A stretch of 32,000 nt of DNA, from positions 1 to 32,000 of the forward strand of contig JABHLH010000002.1 in NCBI GenBank assembly GCA_018692925.1, given 5' to 3'. The position numbers and the translations under genes are program-made. How positions within the stretch are numbered: position 1 is the stretch's first letter; each line of letters begins with the position of its first letter. The notes beneath the pieces were generated by a model, which did not search any database, had not been told where the DNA came from, and saw only the letters and a list, made by a program, of their open reading frames with translations. The stretch is from an archaeon. Lineage in GTDB: Archaea; Nanobdellota; Nanobdellia; SCGC-AAA011-G17; GW2011-AR17. Positions 24,201 to 31,485 of the stretch are shown here, in pieces.

Positions 24201-25590
24201 TGATTGTAACAGTAATAATGGTCAAGGTTATGATGAAGATGGTTGTGAATCTTCTGACGCTACTTGTGGTGGTGAAAGAGAAATTTGTGGTGGAGGCTGT
24301 GGAGAAAACCAATACTGTGATGACATTAATGGGGGTTGTGAATGTGAAGAAGGTTATTACAACTGTGATGGTGTTTGGTGGACTTGTGAATCAACAGAAC
24401 AATGTCAAGCTTGTACTTCCAACGATGATTGTGCAGAACCAATTTGTGATCAAAACAATCCTTCTGTAGTATTAAACTATGGATGTTTCCAAGGTGGTTC
24501 TTGGACTGAAGAAAAAGGAGCAATATCTTTTTCTGGTGGGTGTACTAAACATGCAGATGGACAAGTTGATAGTTACTTAAGTTTTAACACTTGGGGTGAA
24601 CCTTTTGATGAAATCAATCAATACCAAAATGGATTTGGTCATAACTCTTGGTGTGAATGGGAATTAGAAAATGCATTAAAACAAAGAGAAGAACTTGAAG
24701 CTTCATTAAATACTGAATTATTTGATTGGTACTTTACAAATTATGTAAATCCTAATTCTGAAGAATGGCAAAAATATATTTCTAGTGTTTATGAAATTTA
24801 TTGGGTAGCTTTAGTTGACAACACAAGACAATTAGCAATGTCTTCTCAATGTTTAGATCAAGAATTCCCTGAAGTAAATCCAATCTCTGTTTCTTATGAA
24901 GATGAATCTTCTACTGGTGAAATTCATATCTACGAAGAGTGGGGCTATGTTGACCAATTTGATTTAGACATGTACACACCTTATATGGAAGTTTGGATTT
25001 TTCCTCCAGAAGAATTTTTGAAACAAGAATTTGCAAACGCTATGGCTGAAGGAACAATTCCTGGTCCTAAAAGAGTAAATCCTGATGAGTTCCAATATGA
25101 TCCAATAAAAATGGAAGATGCAAGATATTATTTGGAAGACTATGGACCTAAAGATGGTGTAATTAGAATGCTTGATGGTGATGAAGAAGTTTATGTAGTT
25201 GCTATAAGTGTTAGTGAAGAGAATTTATTAGAGGTTATGCCTGGAGAAGATTTTGCTGGTCAAGAAGATCTTTCAGTTACAATAGAATTTGATTTCATCT
25301 ATAACATGATTTCAACAACTGAAAAAGAATTAAGAGTAGAATCTCCTGAATGGATTGACAGAGGATTTGGTGATGTGTTCCAAGAAACTGTAACTAGGGG
25401 AAAGCAAGGAGCAATGTTTGTAGGAGCAATAGCAACTGGTGACATTAGAGTAAGTTCCTTGGCAGACATAGGTGCAGCAATGGATTTAATGGGTCTGGCT
25501 TTTGATTCCGAAGGTGATAGAGGAGATGAAGAGGAAAGAGACGATAAAGACAGAGAAGAAGATTTTGAATTCGAAAAAGAATTCAATTAA
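21298..25590 (+). CDS. Giant secreted cysteine-rich modular protein (1430 aa)
   Basis: Signal peptide MKKGLIFIILILLVVPCVFAQE. A ~370-aa N-terminal domain is followed by Cys-rich region 1 (aa ~393-863, 76 Cys by hand count). That region contains CDDGLDNDGDTVTDCDDPDC and CDDGIDNDDDYLADCSDLADC, C-x5-C-x5-C-x4-C knots, and YCGDNICDESE...CFEDC / VCGDNVCDSGEEGTCPEDCG. Next come an acidic EEV(I/V) repeat and Cys-rich region 2 (21 Cys). The protein ends with a ~380-aa C-terminal domain and an acidic tail. Confidence 0.85.
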   Translation: MKKGLIFIILILLVVPCVFAQETVNEQIEVLTDTALEYERGNLNYAQLMMLSNLIKEEINSNLGEFKFEEHGPSGITAEAAEDFFGRPQHYTKHAWSMNEERDVFLDEALPSFEKVLFDGHKIKITFNAWPHVLTADEEITVFYWTDFRVIFKNDFDLDPSEMVSAVKSIGTDFSNGQASASDVASTIQEYQSVLNSYLEENRDNCESSISSLFSEAVYEEERDSYTSTIYEGDNLNFIIGVQTPNCDNGCEWPWINLWGREEFFGGMYPEDEQNYYEPNYEEYEFKDYTIEELETRLGDLLNDIYRNANQVDEGRGSMSSVYASVEELRFVVEHMLEKSVWQENGNIDSYNDILSRLINSLSEYDSPEKETVTEKRWENKLVENTVSNQDAWCREISYEKCDITQDACIEGGCTNALGGAEICDDGLDNDGDTVTDCDDPDCANECGRICEPVCEESCWSCHSENCQSTCNECWDCDWETEDCNVICDSTGCNECINNCKSQDFCSACVECEGSQQSKSDCSFECDPCEECKVTYSDDPEACIDECQTCSDCLTPYNAQCYSVCESISETGSQEEICKSLCDQNVNFYCGGGKQDYPCEDTTYICDGTSQPFPCTIYTCQFNGEEVKQTVPCDESSICGENQILKDEICVCQSGYYDCDGDATCESQESCGGASEICDDGIDNDDDYLADCSDLADCRLQSCGESLICYEGECQDESITSICEENQKLLEGECVGVCEFNEDCSEGYFCEYGLCTLQSECEIDSECSYGEICVDNYCVTDNPSTGETCTLASDCTNPSEVCANGVCVDLEVEMYCGDNICDESEIGICFEDCFYDIVCGDNVCDSGEEGTCPEDCGEEEKIPETEPIEEVVEEEVIEEEVIEEEVIEEEIVVEEPVQEEVVEEVQEETAEPAQDEITGMFSAITGYFFKVTGNYYQEGDFCESDDACNANQNCDTFQGNCYCEYGYTDCNSNNGQGYDEDGCESSDATCGGEREICGGGCGENQYCDDINGGCECEEGYYNCDGVWWTCESTEQCQACTSNDDCAEPICDQNNPSVVLNYGCFQGGSWTEEKGAISFSGGCTKHADGQVDSYLSFNTWGEPFDEINQYQNGFGHNSWCEWELENALKQREELEASLNTELFDWYFTNYVNPNSEEWQKYISSVYEIYWVALVDNTRQLAMSSQCLDQEFPEVNPISVSYEDESSTGEIHIYEEWGYVDQFDLDMYTPYMEVWIFPPEEFLKQEFANAMAEGTIPGPKRVNPDEFQYDPIKMEDARYYLEDYGPKDGVIRMLDGDEEVYVVAISVSEENLLEVMPGEDFAGQEDLSVTIEFDFIYNMISTTEKELRVESPEWIDRGFGDVFQETVTRGKQGAMFVGAIATGDIRVSSLADIGAAMDLMGLAFDSEGDRGDEEERDDKDREEDFEFEKEFN
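23902..24021 (+). repeat. In-frame tandem repeat encoding (EEEVI)n-like acidic linker
   Basis: The perfect 15-nt unit gaagaagaagttatt occurs at 23914..23928, 23929..23943 and 23944..23958, flanked by degenerate copies. It translates to EEVVEEEVIEEEVIEEEVIEEEIVVEEPVQEEVVEEVQEE. Confidence 0.9.
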
Positions 25591-25604
25591 TTTTTTATTT
25601 TTTT
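25591..25604 (+). terminator. Oligo-T tract after the giant gene
   Basis: TTTTTTATTTTTTT starts immediately after the TAA at 25588..25590, in an 18-nt gap between convergent genes. Confidence 0.4.
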
Positions 25605-25608
25605 AATT

Positions 25609-26670
25609 CTAAGGAACAACTTCAACACCATTATATTTCACATGTTTAAAATCATCTAAAGAAATAGTTTTATTCTCAATTAACTTTTCAACTTCTTTTT
25701 TATTCTCTTCTAAACTTTTAATTAAATGTTTTACAGTCCCACAAACTTTCTCCCAACCTTTCTCTCCCCAGAGTTTAGTAAGATTTGCATACAAACATCT
25801 ACCTCCACAGAGATCTAAAACTTCACATGAGCTACAAGGTTCTCCTACATACATTTTCTTAACTTCTTTTTCTTTAATATCTCCAACATAATATTTTTTC
25901 ATTTCACTCATAATTGGACAAGGTGCAATTTTCCCTTGAGTTGTAATTGTAAAATTTTCAATACCACATCCACACCTTAATGTAGACTTTTCATTTTTTA
26001 ATAAAGAATCCATAATTACTAAGAAAGGATACATTCTCAAAACTTTTCCTTCTCTCATCTTAGACATCCAATAATCCATCAACTTTGTAATTTCTAAATT
26101 ATAATTTTCTAACCATTCTATTTTTTCTTCTTCATAGAACATAACATCTAACTGCCAATGTACACTCTCAAAACCATTTTCCATCAACCACTTCACTTGT
26201 TCATAAACATTAGATCCTTCACTAATACACATCCTTGCAATTAATTCTCTATCAAAATTTTCTTTAACCCAAGCAACATTTTCCATAACTTTCTTATGTA
26301 CACCTTTTCCTCTATTCTTATCAGTTATTTCTTCATCTCCATCAATAGAAATTAAAATAGTATGCATTCTTTTTACATAATCACCTAACTTTTCTAACAA
26401 CATTCCATTTGTTTGTATCATAAAACCTTTACATTTCACATTATCCATTATTTCTTTGATCATAGGAATATTCAGTAATGGTTCTCCTCCTCCATAGAAA
26501 GTTAGATAATCTTCTTCTGTAATCTTTTTTTTCAAATCTTCAATAGAATATTCTGGTTTTTCTGGCATACATAATTCATAAGTTTCATCGTCATAAGGAA
26601 TAAATTCATCTTTATCACAATACTTACATTTCAAATTACATCCTGTATGCATGATTAAATGGTAAAACAT
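25609..26670 (-). CDS. Radical SAM enzyme with C-terminal SPASM domain (peptide/protein-modifying type)
   Basis: 353 aa. The motif CNLKCKYC (CxxxCxxC) at aa 11-18 corresponds to nt 26617..26640. The C-terminus LRCGCGIENFTITTQGKIAPCP...GEPCSSCEVLDLCGGRCLYAN matches the SPASM CxxCx5Cx3C pattern plus upstream Cys. It has its own TATA (TTTTATAAAAAG) about 19 nt upstream of the ATG. Confidence 0.85.
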   Translation of the reverse strand: MFYHLIMHTGCNLKCKYCDKDEFIPYDDETYELCMPEKPEYSIEDLKKKITEEDYLTFYGGGEPLLNIPMIKEIMDNVKCKGFMIQTNGMLLEKLGDYVKRMHTILISIDGDEEITDKNRGKGVHKKVMENVAWVKENFDRELIARMCISEGSNVYEQVKWLMENGFESVHWQLDVMFYEEEKIEWLENYNLEITKLMDYWMSKMREGKVLRMYPFLVIMDSLLKNEKSTLRCGCGIENFTITTQGKIAPCPIMSEMKKYYVGDIKEKEVKKMYVGEPCSSCEVLDLCGGRCLYANLTKLWGEKGWEKVCGTVKHLIKSLEENKKEVEKLIENKTISLDDFKHVKYNGVEVVP

Positions 26671-26701
26671 TCATATATAGAAAAATTATCTTTTTATAAA
26701 A

Positions 26702-26959
26702 TTATGCTCTGCTATATTTTATTCTTTGTATAAAAAGAGTTAACCACAAAGTTGCATTGATTGTTGCAACAACTGATGAAAAATATAGATTTAATGTAAA
26801 AAAAGCTATTGCTATTGCATAAAGTCCAATAAAGGTCAAACCTGAAGCTATTAAAGTTAGTAGCCCTTTTTTCTTTTTAAATCCATAATACACTTGGTGA
26901 GCTAAAGAATAAGTAAATAATAAATTTGCAATTGTAATTACAAGGTCTTGCCATAACAT
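26702..26959 (-). CDS. 3-TM small membrane protein, SemiSWEET/PQ-loop-like (tentative)
   Basis: 85 aa. TM1 is followed by AHQVYYGFKKKKGLLT, where SemiSWEETs have PQ-x(5-7)-basic-x-G-(I/L)-S, then two more TMs and a terminal IKY. Length and topology match SemiSWEET, but PQ is replaced by HQ. Confidence 0.4.
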   Translation of the reverse strand: MLWQDLVITIANLLFTYSLAHQVYYGFKKKKGLLTLIASGLTFIGLYAIAIAFFTLNLYFSSVVATINATLWLTLFIQRIKYSRA

Positions 26960-27000
26960 ATAGTCTTTTTTTTAATCTAACTTTATATACTTTTTGAAAA

Positions 27001-27249
27001 TTATTTTTTTATAAACTTAATCCAAAATCTTTTAAAATACTTTAAGGACAAAGTTGACAACACAAAACCTGAAGTAGGCACAATTGAGTTAACAAATGGT
27101 TTAGGTAAATCTGCCATAAAGAAAAATAGTACTATAACTAAGTATGTTAACAGAGCAATAATTACTTTCCTAGTAAAACTTGTCTCCCAAGCTTTATCTA
27201 TTTCAACTCTTTTATTTCTTCTTTCTATTTTTTTTATTCTTTTTTCCAT
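27001..27249 (-). CDS. Small membrane protein with basic N-terminus and two TM segments
   Basis: 82 aa, MEKRIKKIERRNKRVEIDKAW followed by two hydrophobic helices. It overlaps the poly-Lys tail of the upstream gene by 38 nt within an A-rich tract. Confidence 0.45.
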   Translation of the reverse strand: MEKRIKKIERRNKRVEIDKAWETSFTRKVIIALLTYLVIVLFFFMADLPKPFVNSIVPTSGFVLSTLSLKYFKRFWIKFIKK

Positions 27250-27808
27250 TTTTCTTAATGTGATTATACTTAACTAATAAAATTGATGTTCCTAAACCAA
27301 AAATTGATAGTACTAACATAATAACAAATAATGGCCTAAATCCATATTTCAAAGCTATATATCCACCTACAAGTGCTGCAATTCCTTGAAAAATATAATT
27401 TAATGATTCCCAAGCTCCCCACTCAGACACATCTTTTCCTTCATCAATATTTTTTGAATACAAACCATCAAAAAGTGGAGTTCCTATTGCATCACCTATA
27501 CCAAATACGATTTGAACTAAAAATAAATGAATTGGACTTTGAATAAACAAGTAACCTAAAAATCCTATACAAGATAATGCATAACTTCCAATTAATAATT
27601 CTTTTTTATACTTTATTTTATCTTCCCATTTACTAATAAAATAAATTATTACTCCTGCAGTAATTGCAAAAATACTATAAGCTGCTCCTGCTGTTAATAA
27701 ATCTCCTCCAATCTCTTCAACAAAGATCGCATAGATCGGACCAAAAAGCCCTCCAGCCAACATAAAGAATGATGATGCTACTAATAAAATTTTAATATTT
27801 CTATTCAT
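27212..27808 (-). CDS. Half-size (6-TM) major facilitator superfamily-like transporter
   Basis: 198 aa with six hydrophobic helices. MFS-like features include GIGDAIGTPLF in TM4 and a Gly-rich TM5 (QGIAALVGGYIALKYG). It ends in a KKNGKKNKKNRKKK tail. No second half is encoded on either side. Confidence 0.5.
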   Translation of the reverse strand: MNRNIKILLVASSFFMLAGGLFGPIYAIFVEEIGGDLLTAGAAYSIFAITAGVIIYFISKWEDKIKYKKELLIGSYALSCIGFLGYLFIQSPIHLFLVQIVFGIGDAIGTPLFDGLYSKNIDEGKDVSEWGAWESLNYIFQGIAALVGGYIALKYGFRPLFVIMLVLSIFGLGTSILLVKYNHIKKNGKKNKKNRKKK

Positions 27809-27839
27809 ATTTTAATTCAAGAGTTTAGAGATTATAAAT

Positions 27840-28520
27840 TTATCTCAAATTTTTTAATTTACCAAAATCATAAACTTTATCAGAAACAACAAAAACTTCA
27901 AACTTATCTAAATTTCCTTGTAGATAAGGCGACAACTTTTTTTCTCTCAAAACATCACTTCCTTCAGCCAACAAGTTATAAGAAGGCATTGCAATCAAAA
28001 CTTTTCTTTTATACTTTCCTTTAATAAAACATTTATATTTCTCTAATCTCACACCTTCTCTTAAACCAATTGCACAGTGTTCATGTCCAATAATAATAAC
28101 TTTAGATTCAACATCTTTAATATCATCTCCATGACAAATCATAACGTCTCCAACTTTATAATAATCTACTAACTCCATATCTTTAACTATTGGTTTCAAA
28201 ATTCTATCATGGTTACCTTGCACTAAAACTATTTTTCTTTCTCCAAAAAGTTCTAAAAAATCTCTAACATCTTTCCATTCGGTATTCATAATTCCACCAA
28301 ACTTATGTTTTATATCTCCATTAATTACAACAGTTTCAACATTATCTAAAATTTTCAAAATTCTTTCTTTCAAATCTTTAAAATTAAATCTTGGAATCAT
28401 TAAACCTTTAATATTCAATTCTTCCTCATATCCAATATGTATATCTCCAATAACAAGAACTTTCTCTTTAACCAAATACAATCCTAAATCCCGAATTTCA
28501 ATATTTTTGTGGATTAACAT
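27840..28520 (-). CDS. Binuclear metallophosphoesterase, PdeM/MPE-like (Lhr-associated nuclease family)
   Basis: The track ORF starts at TTG 28535; the first ATG is at 28520. Motifs VLVIGDIHIG, INGDIKH, VQGNHD and IIGHEH are present. The size (~226 aa) and the N-terminal layout (hairpin, then GD-H-G ... G..(I/P) ... L..L) resemble the ligase-associated DNA-damage-response endonuclease PdeM. Confidence 0.65.
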   Translation of the reverse strand: MLIHKNIEIRDLGLYLVKEKVLVIGDIHIGYEEELNIKGLMIPRFNFKDLKERILKILDNVETVVINGDIKHKFGGIMNTEWKDVRDFLELFGERKIVLVQGNHDRILKPIVKDMELVDYYKVGDVMICHGDDIKDVESKVIIIGHEHCAIGLREGVRLEKYKCFIKGKYKRKVLIAMPSYNLLAEGSDVLREKKLSPYLQGNLDKFEVFVVSDKVYDFGKLKNLR

Positions 28521-28545
28521 ATAATAAGAAAACAATTAATAGATT

Positions 28546-28815
28546 TTAAATCTTGTTACAATAATGGCATGAACTTCTTTGTATTTCTGTAGGTTCTTCG
28601 TGTTTTTCACCATTTTTAGTTCCTACAAAAGTAAACCCTGCTTCTTGTCCTTTAGGTACATTTTCAGCATATTTACAATTTTCATTACCTGTTGCACAAT
28701 AATTTCTATCTCTGTGTACTGGTTTAAAATATTGACTTCCTTCTTGGCAGCCTGGCTCTATAACAAATTGAAAAGCTTCTCTACTCATTTCCACAACTCT
28801 TTCGACTAAACTCAT
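28546..28815 (-). CDS. Small Cys/His-containing protein of unknown function between lhr and the phosphoesterase
   Basis: 89 aa with Cys at positions 23, 40, 47, 83 and 86 (C-x6-C ... C-x2-C). Its own TATA (AATTTATAAATG) lies about 20 nt upstream of the ATG. The composition is not low-complexity, unlike the antisense ORF 28579..28809. Confidence 0.5.
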   Translation of the reverse strand: MSLVERVVEMSREAFQFVIEPGCQEGSQYFKPVHRDRNYCATGNENCKYAENVPKGQEAGFTFVGTKNGEKHEEPTEIQRSSCHYCNKI

Positions 28816-28847
28816 ACCACTAAAAATAAATTTTTCATTTATAAATT

Positions 28848-31463
28848 TTACGATCTTCCTTTCTTCAAAGCAATTTTAGCTTTAACCATATAATGCATTC
28901 TCTGCAAGAATTTCTGCTTATCTTCCATCTTCAAAATGTCAGAATACCCTTGCATTACTAGATTCATAGCAAAAGGAGAAGGAATTAGCGTATTAACTTC
29001 TTTAATCTTAATCTTTTTATTTTCAATATTTGTAAAAACTTCTAAAGCTCCTTGAACATCCATAGAATCTTCTAAAATTTCTCTTTTTGTTTCTCTAATA
29101 ATAAAAAAGTTTTCAGAAATTCTTCTAACTGCACACAACAACAACATGGAACTAACTTGTTGTCTTCCAACTCTTTTTCTTTTTCCACCATAATTTCTTA
29201 AAATCATCATAGCTCTTCCTGCACAGTGTCTAAATCTTCTTCTTAAAACTTCAGACTTATCAATTGCCAACTCTAGAAGTTTTCTAAATTCTTTTGCTTT
29301 AATCAAAGATAAAGCTTTCATTACATTTACATGTTTTTCAAATGAAACATAAAATCCATTATCGTCAATTCCAATTTCTACATCTTTATGTTGTGATCTT
29401 GCAATCGCAAAAGCAATAGCTCTTGATAACGCATCATTAACTCTTCTTCCATACAAACTATGAAATATAACATAAGTTTTTTCATATTCATCTTTATAGT
29501 GTTCAACAATTAATTTATTCTCGTGAGGGATTCCAATATAATCAAACTGTTCTTTAAAATAATTATACAATGCTTCAGCAGCAACCTCATCAACATAAAG
29601 ATATTTATTGATAAATTTTATAATTTCCTTTTTACTCTTTTTATTTCTAAATTTTTCATCTAATAATTTTCTAAATCTTTGAATACCATTTGCTAAATCA
29701 AAAGAAAGAGGCAATCTTTGTGAATACCATGAAGGGACTGTTGGTTTTCTACCTGGTACTGGACTTACTCTTGCTACCATTCCTCTCGCATACAAAAACA
29801 TGTATGTATTTCCACCTAAAACAAAAACATCTCCTCTATCTAATTTCTCTAAAAAGATTTCATCCAACATTCCAATTTTATTTCCACCTTTATCTTTTAC
29901 AAGAATTCCTTGTTGATCAGGAATAGTACCAATATTAGTCATATAAATTACTCTTGTTAATCTTCCTTTTTTTCCAATCTCATTTGTTTCTTTATCCCAC
30001 CAAATTCTGGCATAGATATATCTATCTTCTAAAGAAATAAAATTTCCAGCTAAGTAATCTAAAATTTCATCAAAATCTTTTTTTGTTAATTCAGAATAAC
30101 AATAAGATCCTTTTACAACTTCAAACATTTCATCATGCTTCCAAACTTGGTCCAAAGCCATTCCAAACATTTGTTGTGCTAAAACATCTAAAGAATATCT
30201 AGGAATATGAATTTGATCAATTTTTTTCTCAATTGCATGTTTTAATAAAACTGAACATTCAACTAAATCATTTCTATCTGTAACTATAATTTTGGCTTTT
30301 ACAGTCTCATGTAATTTGTGTCCAGCTCTCCCAGCTCTTTGTAAAAATCTTGCTGCAGACTTTGGTGAACCTACACAGATTACTAAATCAATATATCCAA
30401 TATCAATACCTAATTCTAAACTTGTTGAACAAACAACAGCTTTCATTTTTCCAGATCTAAGATCATCTTCTAATTGAATTCTATGTTCTTTTGAAAGAGA
30501 TCCATGGTGTGCTCCAATTAAAGAACTATCTGCTTCTCCATTTTCAGAAACTTCGTAATACTTTTTTGGAAATTTTGTTTTCAAATGATGCACTATACTT
30601 TCTGTACCAGCTCTTGTATTTGTAAAAACTAAAGTAGTTTTATGTTCTTGAATTAATTTATCCATTAATTTATAACTTTCAACTTGAATATTTTCATAAG
30701 TATTATTTACTAAATCTTCTACAGGAGACATAACTTCCAAATCCATTTTTTTTAAATATTGTACATCTATAATTTTACAACTTCTTTTATCTCCCACTAA
30801 AAATTTTGCAACTTCTTTTAATGGTGCCACTGTTGCACTTAATCCAACTCTACACATTCCTGGTGATAAATATTGTAATCTTTCTAAGGATAAAGATAAA
30901 TGTACTCCTCTTTTATTTTCTGCAATAGAATGAATCTCATCTATAATTGTCCATTCAACAGTTCTTAAATGGTTAGAAAATTTATATGAAGAAAGCATAA
31001 TTGCTAAACTTTCAGGGGTAGTTATCAAAATATGTGGAGGGTTTTTCAACATTTTTTGTTTTTCATAAGCTGTTGTATCTCCAGTTCTAACTCCAATTCT
31101 AAGGCCTAAACTTTTACCAGCCATTTCTTCCATTTCTTGCAAAGGCTCAATTAAATTTTTATGAATATCATTATTCAAAGCTTTTAATGGTGAAACATAA
31201 ACACAATAAATTTTATCTTCCAAAATTCCTTTCTCTGAAGAATCTACTAATTCATTAAGAATAGCTAAAAAGGAAGTCATTGTTTTACCTGATCCAGTAG
31301 CTGCAGATACTAAAACATTATTTCTTGAATGAACTTCCATAACTCCAAAAAGTTGGGGTAATGAAAAATCTTTAAATTTTGAAAAGAACCATTTTTTTAC
31401 GATAGGGTGTAGCAACTCTTTAACTGCTTTACTTGTATTTGGTGTTTTTTTGTTCCTTATCAT
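28848..31463 (-). CDS. lhr: Lhr-type large DEAD/DEAH-box helicase
   Basis: 871 aa. The N-terminus LHPIVKKWFFSKF...LPQL is typical of Lhr. Motif I is SAATGSGKT, motif II is IIDEIHS, and motif VI is LQRAGRAGH. A long C-terminal DEAD/H-associated region follows. Confidence 0.85.
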   Translation of the reverse strand: MIRNKKTPNTSKAVKELLHPIVKKWFFSKFKDFSLPQLFGVMEVHSRNNVLVSAATGSGKTMTSFLAILNELVDSSEKGILEDKIYCVYVSPLKALNNDIHKNLIEPLQEMEEMAGKSLGLRIGVRTGDTTAYEKQKMLKNPPHILITTPESLAIMLSSYKFSNHLRTVEWTIIDEIHSIAENKRGVHLSLSLERLQYLSPGMCRVGLSATVAPLKEVAKFLVGDKRSCKIIDVQYLKKMDLEVMSPVEDLVNNTYENIQVESYKLMDKLIQEHKTTLVFTNTRAGTESIVHHLKTKFPKKYYEVSENGEADSSLIGAHHGSLSKEHRIQLEDDLRSGKMKAVVCSTSLELGIDIGYIDLVICVGSPKSAARFLQRAGRAGHKLHETVKAKIIVTDRNDLVECSVLLKHAIEKKIDQIHIPRYSLDVLAQQMFGMALDQVWKHDEMFEVVKGSYCYSELTKKDFDEILDYLAGNFISLEDRYIYARIWWDKETNEIGKKGRLTRVIYMTNIGTIPDQQGILVKDKGGNKIGMLDEIFLEKLDRGDVFVLGGNTYMFLYARGMVARVSPVPGRKPTVPSWYSQRLPLSFDLANGIQRFRKLLDEKFRNKKSKKEIIKFINKYLYVDEVAAEALYNYFKEQFDYIGIPHENKLIVEHYKDEYEKTYVIFHSLYGRRVNDALSRAIAFAIARSQHKDVEIGIDDNGFYVSFEKHVNVMKALSLIKAKEFRKLLELAIDKSEVLRRRFRHCAGRAMMILRNYGGKRKRVGRQQVSSMLLLCAVRRISENFFIIRETKREILEDSMDVQGALEVFTNIENKKIKIKEVNTLIPSPFAMNLVMQGYSDILKMEDKQKFLQRMHYMVKAKIALKKGRS

Positions 31464-31485
31464 ATTTATTTACTAGAATCAACTC

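Noticed and set aside
22579-25586. Track ORFs that overlap the giant gene in other frames: antisense 22579..22806, 22850..23146, 23725..24039, 24061..24312, 24326..24523 and 25299..25586, plus the same-strand alternate-frame ORF 24122..24469
   Set aside because: Their translations are low-complexity (runs of F/I/T/N or V/M/K). These runs are the mirror or frame-shifted images of the repeated TGT/GAT/GAA codons of a clearly coding sense frame. They have no starts with promoter or SD context.
27212-27249. The 38-nt overlap of the MFS-half tail with the 82-aa ORF start in an A-rich tract; a frameshift splitting one larger transporter was considered
   Set aside because: Fusing the two would give 8 TMs, not a 12-TM MFS. 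The 82-aa protein has a distinct basic N-terminus. The overlap can be explained by poly-Lys and poly-Arg coding in two frames of A-rich DNA. This remains checkable in the reads.
28579-28809. Plus-strand 76-aa ORF opposite the 89-aa gene
   Set aside because: Its translation is a low-complexity F/I/S-rich sequence with no promoter context. The minus-strand ORF has a TATA at the expected distance and normal composition.
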